Assembly: GCA_963786935.1 (NCBI GenBank)
Contig: CAWBAN010000002.1
Coordinates: forward strand, 449,849 to 513,848
Reading direction: 5' to 3'
Source: an uncultured bacterium
Lineage (GTDB): Bacteria; Krumholzibacteriota; Krumholzibacteriia; Krumholzibacteriales; Krumholzibacteriaceae
DNA length: 64,000 nt
This document shows positions 38,408 through 47,735 of the stretch, one piece after another. The notes under the pieces were generated by a model that saw only the letters and a program-made list of their open reading frames with translations, made no database searches and was not told where the DNA came from. Each line of letters begins with the position of its first letter. The stretch's first letter is position 1. A program made the position numbers and the translations under genes.

Positions 38408-40870
38408 CTAGCGTCTCCGCCCGCCGCCAGACGGTCTGCTCCTCGTGCTGCTCTGCGCGGCGCGCTGGTTGCCGGTCTGCCGCGATTGATAGTCTTTGTT
38501 CAGCTGATTCTGTGTGCTGGATGACGGTTTCGTGGCCGGCTTCGCCGTTGCTCCCGTGCTCGGCTGGGTGCCCGCGCTCGGCTTCGTTCCGGTGCTCGGT
38601 TGTGTGCCGGCGCTCGGCTTGGCCCCCGTGCTCGGTTGGGCGCCAGCGCTCGGCTGGGTGCCGGCGCTCGGCTTCGAGCCCGTGCTCGGTTGCGTGCTCG
38701 GCTTTGCGCCCGCGCCCGGCGTGGTGCCGTCGCTGGTACTGACGGATCCTCCCGGGCCCACGCTGGACCATTCTCCGTTCTCGTCGCGCTTGTAGACGTT
38801 GCCGTCTTTGCCCGCGTACATGTCGCCTTCCTTGCCCTTGACGACGAAGCCGCTGCCCTCATCTCCCTTGTAGCCGACTCCCGCGGCTCCCCCCGACGTC
38901 TGGAACCCGCCCATCGTGCCGTTCGCGTTGCTGACGCTTCCTCCGCGGGCCCAGTCGTCCCCCTTCACCACGGCCGATTGGCTCCACGAACCGTAGGCGT
39001 TGTACCCTCCGCGCTGGCCCGCCCATGTGCCGGTGCTCGGGTTGTAGGCGGTCCGGTAGCCCTGGCCGCCGTAGGGGCCGTAGGCGTAGCCGCCGCGCGA
39101 GTAGACCCCGGTCGCCGGGTTGTATTTGGCGCCGTAGCCGGCCCCCCCGTAGGGCCCGTGGGCGCTGTACCCGTATCCGTAGGGGCTCGCGTAGTAATGG
39201 GCGTGCCCGTAGTACGGCATAGGCATGGGGTGGGGCCCGTAGCCCCAGTAGTACGGCGGGTAATAGCCGTAGTAGTAGTGGTGGTGGCTGTATGCGGCCA
39301 TGACCATCATGCCCATTCCGAACATCACGACCCCCGCGCTCACGACCTCTCCGTTGTAGCCCGACGTGCATCCGCACGTCACGGTCGTGGGGGTGGATTC
39401 GTAGATATAGACATAGGTCACGTGGTACTTCGGCGACGTCGGCGGGATCGAGTAGATCTCCTTCGGAATCGAATCGGCCACGACCCACGGCCCGGTCGCC
39501 GACTTGCTCGTGAACCAGACCGCCTCGAAGCAGACGTAGTAGGTCGATCCCACGAGGAAGACGTCGTTCGACGTGTTCACCGCGTACTTGACGGTCGAAG
39601 TGCTGTCGATGGGCTGGAAGTCGGGCTCCCCGTCGTAGGTCACCACCGCTTTGGCCTCGCTGCGGTTGACCACTCCTATCTTGGGAATGGAGGCCAGCAG
39701 CACGGCGTCACGAGCCTCGTCGGTGCCGGGCACGGAGGCGAGGATGTCGGCGCTCGGATCCTTCTTCGGGATCGCGGCGAAGTCCGGGGGAAGGGATTTC
39801 GTGGCGGCGGTCCAGGGCCCCGCGAGATCCTTCGCGCGGAACCAGCGGCCGGCGGCCAAGAAGTAGAAATTGCTGTCGCCCGAGTGGTAGAAGAGCGAGT
39901 TTTCCGAGTTCGATACGGCCGAGAGCTTCGTGCCGGAGATCGCCCTGAACTTCGGCCGGCCTTCGGTGATGATCACCTCGCCGGGCGTTTCGCTCGTGAA
40001 CACGCGCGGGACGGAAGACAGCTTCTTGCCCGGCACGCTCTTGCTCACGCGCTCCCAGGCCTCGTCCTTCGGGAGCTTCTTCATGTCGTCGGGCAGCTTC
40101 TTGGCCGCTTCCCAGGGCCCCTTGACGAGGTCGGCGGTCGTGAGCCATCCGTCGCGGTAGAGCAGGTAGTACTTCCCCGTCGCCTTGTCGCGGATGACGT
40201 CCCAGTTCGTGTTGAGCCCGAACTCGAGCCCGGTCCCCTCGATCGGCGAGAATCGCGGCGCGCCCAGAAACCCGATGAGAATCGCCTCGCGGTCGCTGTA
40301 GAAGATGGGGGGAGGATCCAGGTTCACCGGGACGCCCTCATCCGCGGCCTGGCCCTGCTCGACGTAGGCGGCGACGCGGTCGAGCGCGATCTCCGTGCTC
40401 TCCCGCGCGGGCGGCACCGAGCGAACGATCTTCTCGAGGGGCGCCGCCTGCTCCGGCTCCACGCCCGGGAAACGGATCTCGGCGATCTCCGGCTTGTACA
40501 TCGTGACGAGCCGTTTGTCGGTATCGGTGACCGTTTTGGCCTTCAGCTCGACGACGCCGAGCGTGGGCTCCTTGGCGCCCTTCGGCTTCACGCTGACGGC
40601 GAGCCGCGCGAACAGCGTTGTGTAATCGCGCCACTCGTCGATCTGGGGCTGATAAAGGGTGACTTCGTTGCCGTCGATCGTGTAGAGCCGCGGCCAGCCC
40701 TTGTCGAGCGGCGTGCTTGCCGTGTCGGCGGTCTTCGCCTTCTCGGACGTTCCTGCGCTGCAGCACGGCACGCTCGAGACCAGCGCGACAATCAGCGCGA
40801 TCGCGGCGAGAGCGCCGAATGTTCTAGCACGGGTTTCCGAAAGGCTCGTGAAAAAGTGTATCCCGATCAT
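38408..40870 (-). CDS. Large exported hypothetical protein with Tyr/Gly/His-rich and repetitive C-terminus
   Basis: 820 aa; signal peptide, GWPR..YQPQID.W, repeated GPW modules, YYYGYYPPYYWGYG, YNP.TG repeats, ends GGGRRR; AAGGAGG SD. Confidence 0.75.
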   Translation of the reverse strand: MIGIHFFTSLSETRARTFGALAAIALIVALVSSVPCCSAGTSEKAKTADTASTPLDKGWPRLYTIDGNEVTLYQPQIDEWRDYTTLFARLAVSVKPKGAKEPTLGVVELKAKTVTDTDKRLVTMYKPEIAEIRFPGVEPEQAAPLEKIVRSVPPARESTEIALDRVAAYVEQGQAADEGVPVNLDPPPIFYSDREAILIGFLGAPRFSPIEGTGLEFGLNTNWDVIRDKATGKYYLLYRDGWLTTADLVKGPWEAAKKLPDDMKKLPKDEAWERVSKSVPGKKLSSVPRVFTSETPGEVIITEGRPKFRAISGTKLSAVSNSENSLFYHSGDSNFYFLAAGRWFRAKDLAGPWTAATKSLPPDFAAIPKKDPSADILASVPGTDEARDAVLLASIPKIGVVNRSEAKAVVTYDGEPDFQPIDSTSTVKYAVNTSNDVFLVGSTYYVCFEAVWFTSKSATGPWVVADSIPKEIYSIPPTSPKYHVTYVYIYESTPTTVTCGCTSGYNGEVVSAGVVMFGMGMMVMAAYSHHHYYYGYYPPYYWGYGPHPMPMPYYGHAHYYASPYGYGYSAHGPYGGAGYGAKYNPATGVYSRGGYAYGPYGGQGYRTAYNPSTGTWAGQRGGYNAYGSWSQSAVVKGDDWARGGSVSNANGTMGGFQTSGGAAGVGYKGDEGSGFVVKGKEGDMYAGKDGNVYKRDENGEWSSVGPGGSVSTSDGTTPGAGAKPSTQPSTGSKPSAGTQPSAGAQPSTGAKPSAGTQPSTGTKPSAGTQPSTGATAKPATKPSSSTQNQLNKDYQSRQTGNQRAAQSSTRSRPSGGGRRR
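38552..38710 (-). repeat. Intragenic 18-bp tandem repeat encoding (A/T)G(T/A/S)(Q/K)PS
   Basis: GCTCGG recurs on + at 38558, 38576, 38594, 38612, 38630, 38648, 38666, 38684 (exact 18-bp period) and at 38696. Confidence 0.9.
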
Positions 40871-40916
40871 TCTCTTGTCCTCCTTTGGCTACCGGAAATC
40901 ACTGGCCCTCATTCTA

Positions 40917-42125
40917 TCATGTCCCGTGACTTTTGTCCCTTGCCAGAATCGGCATAGCCTCCTCGGCAGGTCTGCCTCTCCTTATCAAATCCGCCATGAT
41001 CTTCATGGGGCGATCGGCGTGTTTGAAGAACGCCTTGTAGCCTTCGCAGAGGTAGTTCAGCCCCGGCTCTCCGTCCGGCGTCTCGATGAATCGGTTCTTC
41101 GGGCACTCGCCGTTGCAGATGTGCAGCACGTCGCATTCACGGCAATAGCGGGGGAGGGTATCCTTCTTGTCCTGCCCGAATCTTCGCTGCTTGTCGGAGG
41201 CCACGAGCTCGATCATGGGCGTCTGCAGGATGTTTCCCAGGTAGTAGTTCGGCTCGACGAAATGGTCGCACGAATAGAGATCGCCGTTGTGCTCCAGCGC
41301 CATGCCGAAGCCGCACGTGGGGCCGAAGATGCAGACGGTTCCCGCCATATCGAGCCACCCCGCGAGCGCCCCGTCGAAGTTCAGGACAAACGTTTTGCCG
41401 ACGTCTCTCTTGACCCATTCGTCGAAGATTTCGATGAGGAAGCGTCCCCACTGGTCCGGCCGCACGGACCGGTCCGTGACCGTGCTCCCTTCCTGATACC
41501 CGCTCTCGTTGTCCCGCTCCACGATGGGGATGAACTGGATGTAGTGCGCGCCGAGATCGTCCCGGAAAAAGCGATAGACCTCGAGCGGGTGATCGGCGTT
41601 CTTCGAATTGACCGTGCAGAGGATGTTGAACTCCACCTTGTGCTTCTGGAGCAGCCAGGCGGCCTTCACGACCCGGTCGAAGGTGCCGCGGCCTCCCTTG
41701 TCCTTTCGATAGAAGTCGTGAAGCTCCTTGGGGCCGTCGAGGCTCAGGCCGATGAGGAAGCGGTTCTCGTGAAAGAACCGGCACCACTCGTCGTCGAGGA
41801 GAATGCCGTTGGTCTGGAACGTGTTCTCGATCTGTGTGCCGGGCTTCCGGTGCTTCTTCTGAAGCTCGATGGACCGGCGGAAGAAATCGAGCCCCATCAG
41901 AGTCGGCTCGCCTCCCTGCCAGGCGATGGTTACCTGGGGGACGCGGTGAGCTTCCAGAAGCTGCCGGATGTAGGCCTCGTGAACGTCGTCCGGCATCCGG
42001 AACGCGCTCCCGGGATAGAGCTTTTCCTTCTTCAGGAAGAAGCAGTAGTCGCAGCTCAGATTGCAGGCCGACCCCGTCGGTTTGGCCATGACGTGAAACG
42101 CCCGGGGGGCATCAGCTGTGGGCAT
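40917..42125 (-). CDS. Anaerobic sulfatase maturase (radical SAM / SPASM)
   Basis: AKPTGSACNLSCDYC, WQGGEPTL, CIFGPTCG, YSCDHFV, CRECDVLHICNGECPKNRF, YLCEGY. Confidence 0.92.
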   Translation of the reverse strand: MPTADAPRAFHVMAKPTGSACNLSCDYCFFLKKEKLYPGSAFRMPDDVHEAYIRQLLEAHRVPQVTIAWQGGEPTLMGLDFFRRSIELQKKHRKPGTQIENTFQTNGILLDDEWCRFFHENRFLIGLSLDGPKELHDFYRKDKGGRGTFDRVVKAAWLLQKHKVEFNILCTVNSKNADHPLEVYRFFRDDLGAHYIQFIPIVERDNESGYQEGSTVTDRSVRPDQWGRFLIEIFDEWVKRDVGKTFVLNFDGALAGWLDMAGTVCIFGPTCGFGMALEHNGDLYSCDHFVEPNYYLGNILQTPMIELVASDKQRRFGQDKKDTLPRYCRECDVLHICNGECPKNRFIETPDGEPGLNYLCEGYKAFFKHADRPMKIMADLIRRGRPAEEAMPILARDKSHGT

Positions 42126-42134
42126 CGAGCTTCC

Positions 42135-43841
42135 TCATTTCCCGCTCGCCGTTTTCCTCAGGTATGTCTCCACCGCCTGCTCGACATTATGGAACATTCG
42201 CTCGGAGCCCAGCGCGGCGAAGAACGGAGAACGCTTCACTATGTCGAACACTCGGGGATTCCACCCAGCCACCCAGAGGGTGACGCCGGTCTCATGCGTT
42301 CTTTCCTCGAGATTCATGAACAGTTTCAGAGCCGTATATTCGATGATCGGGACCGCGCTCATGTCCAGGAGCAGCACCCGCGGCTTGGCCTCGCCGACGA
42401 GATCCTTCAGCCCGTCGCGGAGCCGCGGGGCGCTGGCGAACGTCATGGCCCCCTCGCTCCGCACGATCAGCAATCCCGGAAACGTCTCGTCTTCGGGGTG
42501 ATCCGCCGATCTCGGCCGGAATATGTCGGTCCCCGGTTTGCGGCCGAGGGCATAGAGCGGCGGGTGGTTGGCGATGTAGGTCAGGGTGATCAACGAAATC
42601 CCCACCGCGACCAGTATTCCATTCAGCGTGCCGAGGATCACGACACCGGCACAAGCGGCGAGGGCCCACGAGAGCTCTATCTTCCGGACCTTCGAAATAG
42701 CGCGGAACTCGGCGGGCCTGATGAGACCCAGCGTGGTGACCACCACGACGGATGCCAGCGTGGCCTGGGGCATCATGCTGATCACGGGGGACAGCAGCAG
42801 GAGGACCGCGAGCACCGTCACGGCCGTGACGATCTGAGCCATCTGGGTCCGGGCGCCGGCCTTATCGTTCACCGCGGTCTGAGAGGTTCCGCCGCCGGAC
42901 GGCATGATTCGGAAAAAGCTCCCCGCGAGGTTCGCGGCGCCGAGGGCGATGAGCTCGCGATTGGCGTCCGGCTGCGGCTCGCCGTGCTTCACGAAAGCGC
43001 GGCCGGCCGCGATCGACTCGGTAAAGGCCATCAAGGCGATGCCCAGCGCTCCCGGCCACAGCTTCCCGATCAGGGCGAGATCCGGGAGCGAGGGGGAGGG
43101 CAGGCCCGGCGGGATGCTGCCCGCGAGCTCAACCCCCGCCTGCTTCAATCCCAAAAGCGCCGAGGCCGCGATGCCGAGCACGACCGCGCAGAGCGGGGCG
43201 GGAATCCGCCGCAGAAAACGCTCCATGCCGAACATGAGCGCGAGCGTAATCGCCGCCAGCAGGACCGTCGGGACGCTCGCATCGGGCACGTGCCGGAAAA
43301 TAGAGAGGATGTGGTGAAAGAACGATTCCTTGGCAAGGTGCACGCCGAGCATCTTGGGGATCTGGTCCACGATGATCACGAGGCCGATGCCCGCTTTGAA
43401 TCCGGTGAGCACCGGATCGGAAATGAAGTAGGCCAAGAAGCCCAAACGCAGAATGCCGGCCAAGAGCAGGAAAGCGCCCACGAGCAGCGCCAGCGTGGAG
43501 GAGGCGACGATCAAGTCGGTCGGGGAGCCGTCCGCCGCGACCACGGCGAGCTGGGCCGCGACGAGGATCGCGATCGTCGAGGTGGTGCTTGAGCTGAGGG
43601 GCCGGGAGGAGCCCAGGAGCGCGTAGATCACGAGGGGGATCAGGGCCGTGTAGAGCCCCACCTCGATCGGGAGCCCCGCGATGGCGGCGTAGGCCATGAC
43701 CTTGGGGATGACCACCGCGGACGTCGTCAATCCGGCGATGAGATCGAAACGCAGCCAGCTTCGCGGGTAGCCGCGCAGCCAGCCGGCGATGGGAAGGTGT
43801 CGCGCCGATCGACTTTGTGCGTTGGGTATTTTCTCGCTCAT
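42135..43841 (-). CDS. SulP-family anion transporter with STAS domain
   Basis: DLIAGLT..V.IP..MAYA.IAGLP...GLY, DANRELIALG.AN, C-terminal STAS (LLLDMSAV..I). Confidence 0.92.
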   Translation of the reverse strand: MSEKIPNAQSRSARHLPIAGWLRGYPRSWLRFDLIAGLTTSAVVIPKVMAYAAIAGLPIEVGLYTALIPLVIYALLGSSRPLSSSTTSTIAILVAAQLAVVAADGSPTDLIVASSTLALLVGAFLLLAGILRLGFLAYFISDPVLTGFKAGIGLVIIVDQIPKMLGVHLAKESFFHHILSIFRHVPDASVPTVLLAAITLALMFGMERFLRRIPAPLCAVVLGIAASALLGLKQAGVELAGSIPPGLPSPSLPDLALIGKLWPGALGIALMAFTESIAAGRAFVKHGEPQPDANRELIALGAANLAGSFFRIMPSGGGTSQTAVNDKAGARTQMAQIVTAVTVLAVLLLLSPVISMMPQATLASVVVVTTLGLIRPAEFRAISKVRKIELSWALAACAGVVILGTLNGILVAVGISLITLTYIANHPPLYALGRKPGTDIFRPRSADHPEDETFPGLLIVRSEGAMTFASAPRLRDGLKDLVGEAKPRVLLLDMSAVPIIEYTALKLFMNLEERTHETGVTLWVAGWNPRVFDIVKRSPFFAALGSERMFHNVEQAVETYLRKTASGK

Positions 43842-43979
43842 CTTCCTACCGAAAGCAGAGTGCCGTATTCATGCCCGAAATCCGGCTGCCCGCGAGTGGC
43901 GGCCGACGCATCCAGCATAACTCACGTGGCCGCCGATGCATAGCTGATTCGAGCAGCGAGCTTCAACACCGCGGAGATA

Positions 43980-44282
43980 TCATGGGTTCAGTTTCGGCCG
44001 AGCCGTTCCCCATGCGGCTACCGCTCCCACGACGAGCACCCAAAAGGGAAGAACGTAGAGGCCGGGGATCGCCTCCATTATCAGACCAGGCAGCAGGATC
44101 CATTGCCGGCCCAGCACTGCGAAGAGCACGAGGGCCGTCACCACGTCGACGGCCCACTGCACGGGCGGCGCGAAAACGAAAAAACCCGAGAGCACATCGG
44201 CCAGCGCGGCCACGGCGAAAGCCAAAGCCAGCCTTCTCCTGGAAACGCGCAGACGGGCCGAACGCCGGGATTCCCCTTCCAT
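43980..44282 (-). CDS. Small hypothetical membrane protein
   Basis: 100 aa, hydrophobic, co-oriented within the minus-strand block. Confidence 0.6.
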   Translation of the reverse strand: MEGESRRSARLRVSRRRLALAFAVAALADVLSGFFVFAPPVQWAVDVVTALVLFAVLGRQWILLPGLIMEAIPGLYVLPFWVLVVGAVAAWGTARPKLNP

Positions 44283-44355
44283 TGTTCATCCTGATTGCCG
44301 CAGGAGAGGTCCGCTTCCATGCGAACCGTGATCTTTATCCGAAGCGCTGCTCCCG

Positions 44356-44733
44356 CTAGTTCGAGCCGTTCATATCCTTCCGCACCAGCTCCAGCAGGGA
44401 TTCCTCGCCGAACGGCTTCAGCAGAAAGCCCAATGCGCCTCCGGCGAGCGCCAGATTCCGGTGATCGGCCTGCGGCTGCCCGGTGACGATGATCACGCGC
44501 ATGGAATATTTCATTTCGCGCATCCTGTTCATGAGCGCGAGCCCTCCGATATCGGGCATGTGAACGTCAACGATGGCGTAGCCGAGCTGGTCGGGGGGAA
44601 TGGAATCGAGAAACGACTGAGCGGACCCGAAATATTCGGCGCTCATTCCGCGCGCGTTGAGCAGCCGTTTGAGCGATTTGCCGAAAGACAGATCGTCGTC
44701 GACGATATAGAAGTGCGTCACCGGCATGTTCAT
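44356..44733 (-). CDS. Single-domain response regulator (FixJ/FixT-like receiver only)
   Basis: IVDDD, IVDVHMP (phospho-Asp), IIVTG, FLLKP; no output domain. Confidence 0.9.
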   Translation of the reverse strand: MNMPVTHFYIVDDDLSFGKSLKRLLNARGMSAEYFGSAQSFLDSIPPDQLGYAIVDVHMPDIGGLALMNRMREMKYSMRVIIVTGQPQADHRNLALAGGALGFLLKPFGEESLLELVRKDMNGSN

Positions 44734-44778
44734 GGCTTCCTTTCGGCATCATTATCCGAAACGTTGCCTCATGCGTCT

Positions 44779-44796
44779 ATAGGACCTTGGGGCAAT
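44779..44796. promoter_or_regulatory. Dyad box 3 (ATAGGACCTTGGGGCAAT)
   Basis: Shares an exact 16-mer GTCTATAGGACCTTGG with box 2; overlaps a minus-strand TAGACG-17-GATAAT promoter of the receiver gene. Confidence 0.7.
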
Positions 44797-44844
44797 AGGA
44801 GGAGCAGGCGGCGGGTGAAATGCCGGCCTGCGTATCGTGTGCGC

Positions 44845-46656
44845 TCAAACGGATTCCGCCGTCCAGGCTTTCAGGGAGAACGAAAAGACCGCGCCGCCGG
44901 CCGGATTATTCTGCGCACGGATTCGCCCGCCGTGCTCCTCGATAATCGACCGGCAAATGGCGAGTCCGAGCCCCAAGCCGTCCCGCTTCGTGGTATGGAA
45001 CGGCTTGAATATGGCGTCCATCTCCGCCTCATCGATTCCTTTTCCCGAATCGATGACGCTCACGACGACCGCATCCGGCGCTTCCATGGCCGAGCGGATC
45101 GTCAGTATCTTCGAAGGCATTCCCGCCATGGCGTCCAGGGCGTTCGTTATCAGATTCAGGAGGACCTGCTGCAGGCGGATGCCGTCCCCTTTGATCAGCG
45201 CAAGGTCCGGTTTCAAATCCAAGCGAATCGATACTTCCTTCATGCTGACGGCGCCCCGGACGAGTGCGAGTATTTCTTCGATCAGAGAATTCATGTGCAG
45301 CGGCTCGAGCTGCACTTCGCCTCTCCTCACCATTCCCCGGATTCTACGGATGATGTCGCCGGCGCGCCTGGCGTCTTGACCGATATCCGATAGAATCTCG
45401 CCGATGTCTTCATGTCCCTCCCCGAGCATTATCTTGGCCGCCGAGGCATTGTTCAATATCGCTCCGAGCGGCTGGTTGATCTCGTGCGCCAAAGAGCTGG
45501 AAACCTCGTTCATCGTCATCACCCGGGCAAGATGCGCCAGCTCGAGGCGCAGCTGCGCCATTTCCGCCTCGTTCCGCTTTCGCGCCGTGATCTCCATCGT
45601 GGTGCCCATCATCCGGACGGGCGTCTTTTTTGCGTCCGAATACGATCGGCCGCGGGTCGAGACCCAGCGCTCGGCGCCATCCGGCAGGACCACGCGAAAT
45701 TCCCCCGCGTAATCGACGCCGTTCGCCAATGCGCCGCGCACCTCTCGATTCACCGTTTCGCGATCGTCCGGATGAATTCTCCGGACGGCTTTCTGAAAGT
45801 TGACGTCCTCCCCGGATTCGAACCCGAACAGCCGGCGCCACCTCTCCGAGCCCCAGATTCGATCCCGAACGACGTCCCAGTTCCAGACTCCGATCTGCGT
45901 CGCCTCCGCGGCCATGGTCATGCGCTCTTCGCTCTCGAGGAGGTCGTCCGCCAATTGCGCGCCGCGGATTATGTCACGGCTCAACTCGAAGCTCATCACC
46001 ACGAGAGTGACCGAGAAGAAGGGGCTCATCACGATGGGCCAGTCGACTTTTCCCCAGACCGTGACAGCGATGTCCGCCGATGATATCAGAATGAAGAGCG
46101 CGATGCTGCCGCCCATGGAGATCGCCCGCCACCGCTCGCCTCTCCGCCAGACGGCGATCGCGGCGTCCGCAATGAAGATCACGAACAACAGCATGCTCAG
46201 CTGACCGAGAAGCATCCATGGATTCGATTGACCCACGGCCCCGGAGACGGACTCGCCGAGGAACGGAATGCTCCGCAGGCCGGTGATCTCGCGATAGTTG
46301 AGATTCTGCTTCACGAGGAAATTGAGCGCCAGCGACAGCGTCCGCGCGATGCAGACGGTCCAGGCGAGCCACGGCCGTCCGGCGCGCATGTAGGATCGCA
46401 CGAAGCCGACGAGCGTCACGATGAGCACCCAGATCGGAACGTGGCACCAGCGCACCGCCATGCCATACTGTTCGGGCGTCTGCGCCCGCATCATCAGCAA
46501 TTCGCAGAACGCCATGGCTGCCGTCGACACCGCGGCCAGGGAGAAGAGCAGATTGGCCCACGCCGTGTGCTTCTTGAACCAGATCAGCGCATGCACCGCG
46601 GCCAGCGTGAGGGACGCGGAGGCGACCATGGACCAGATGATGGTGACGATGCTCAT
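44845..46656 (-). CDS. FixL-like membrane PAS sensor histidine kinase
   Basis: About 7 N-terminal TM helices, PAS (IGVWNWD, IHPDDR), H-box AHEINQPL, N-box QQVLLNLITNA, DSG.G, GLGLGLAIC. Confidence 0.92.
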   Translation of the reverse strand: MSIVTIIWSMVASASLTLAAVHALIWFKKHTAWANLLFSLAAVSTAAMAFCELLMMRAQTPEQYGMAVRWCHVPIWVLIVTLVGFVRSYMRAGRPWLAWTVCIARTLSLALNFLVKQNLNYREITGLRSIPFLGESVSGAVGQSNPWMLLGQLSMLLFVIFIADAAIAVWRRGERWRAISMGGSIALFILISSADIAVTVWGKVDWPIVMSPFFSVTLVVMSFELSRDIIRGAQLADDLLESEERMTMAAEATQIGVWNWDVVRDRIWGSERWRRLFGFESGEDVNFQKAVRRIHPDDRETVNREVRGALANGVDYAGEFRVVLPDGAERWVSTRGRSYSDAKKTPVRMMGTTMEITARKRNEAEMAQLRLELAHLARVMTMNEVSSSLAHEINQPLGAILNNASAAKIMLGEGHEDIGEILSDIGQDARRAGDIIRRIRGMVRRGEVQLEPLHMNSLIEEILALVRGAVSMKEVSIRLDLKPDLALIKGDGIRLQQVLLNLITNALDAMAGMPSKILTIRSAMEAPDAVVVSVIDSGKGIDEAEMDAIFKPFHTTKRDGLGLGLAICRSIIEEHGGRIRAQNNPAGGAVFSFSLKAWTAESV

Positions 46657-46684
46657 AGAGAGACCATGCTCCAAGGACCGCCGT

Positions 46685-47431
46685 TCATTGTTTCATGATC
46701 CACATGATGATCACGGCATAGCCCACGGCTCCCGCGACGAACGGCCAGAAGCGGCCTTCGTTCTCCTTCGGCAGCTCCGCGATCGCGCTGTTGACCACCA
46801 CGCCGCCTCCCAGCAGGCCCTGGAGCGTGGCCAGATACGTTACCGGGATCGAGGTCGACACGCCGATGATCCATCCGGCGAACACGCTCCCCGTGAGGAT
46901 CCATTTGCCGCTCCGGTCGTACAGCGCCCCATGTTCTCTCCGGAGGGAAGAATCGGTGCCCAGTGAGTGGAGTGCCATGGCAACGGCATAAAGAACCAGG
47001 TAGGACAGTCCCCGCTTTCCCTGATCGACCATCAAGTAGCTCACGAGACCGGTATAGACGGCGAATCCCGCGATGTGGAGCCAATAGACCGTGTCGCCCT
47101 TCCCCTCCATCACTCGTTCTTCCCGCCTCCGTTCCCGCGTGCTCGAAACCAGATGTTCCAGCCCGTACAGGAGGACGAAGCCCATGAGGGCCGAGAAATG
47201 GACTCTATGCTCGGGGAAGAGAAGCCTGATCCCCGCCGCGGCCTTCGAGAAGGCGTTCTGAGCTTCGGCCATTTCCGGCATGAGCTGGATGAAGGCATAG
47301 GCCACGGCGATTCCGGACGCGACGGAGCGCCACCTTCTTCGGTGGCTCTTCGCTCCGATATCCAAACGGCCGCCGAAAACGTATATGGCCGCCAGAAAAA
47401 TCACTACGACCAGGGACGGAAGAAGCTCCAT
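46685..47431 (-). CDS. Hypothetical multi-pass membrane protein (ZIP-transporter-like)
   Basis: GIAVAY.F.QLMPE, YGLEH, ALH, ELP motifs; start uncertain. Confidence 0.6.
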   Translation of the reverse strand: MELLPSLVVVIFLAAIYVFGGRLDIGAKSHRRRWRSVASGIAVAYAFIQLMPEMAEAQNAFSKAAAGIRLLFPEHRVHFSALMGFVLLYGLEHLVSSTRERRREERVMEGKGDTVYWLHIAGFAVYTGLVSYLMVDQGKRGLSYLVLYAVAMALHSLGTDSSLRREHGALYDRSGKWILTGSVFAGWIIGVSTSIPVTYLATLQGLLGGGVVVNSAIAELPKENEGRFWPFVAGAVGYAVIIMWIMKQ

Positions 47432-47601
47432 GGTCACCCCCATGCGCTGCAGCTCATGCTTCCGGCGGGGCCGGATATTCCCCGGAAACGCATTGTAGGG
47501 CAGGAGATTGCCGGCGGTCAAGCGCGAAGCCTTCGTGCGGTTCGATTTGAGGCTCGTGCGTCGGAAATGCAGGGCTCGATGCAGGGATCGGCGCGTCGGT
47601 T

Positions 47602-47619
47602 ATGAGCCTAAAGTCTCAT
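47602..47619. promoter_or_regulatory. Dyad box 4 (ATGAGCCTAAAGTCTCAT)
   Basis: Near-palindrome overlapping the first base of a plus-strand TAGACA-17-GATAAT promoter (47619-47647); same geometry as boxes 2 and 3. Confidence 0.55.
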
Positions 47620-47735
47620 AGACAAGATCCGCCTCCATCATGATAATGGCACCGATAGGAAACCATGGATATGTCCTGGAGAAGCGGCGTATCGGATACG
47701 GCGGATAGTCGGCACATGCTCGAAAGGAGAATCGA

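Noticed and set aside
38552..38710. Possible CRISPR array
   Set aside because: 18-bp in-frame degenerate coding repeat with no unique spacers and no cas genes.
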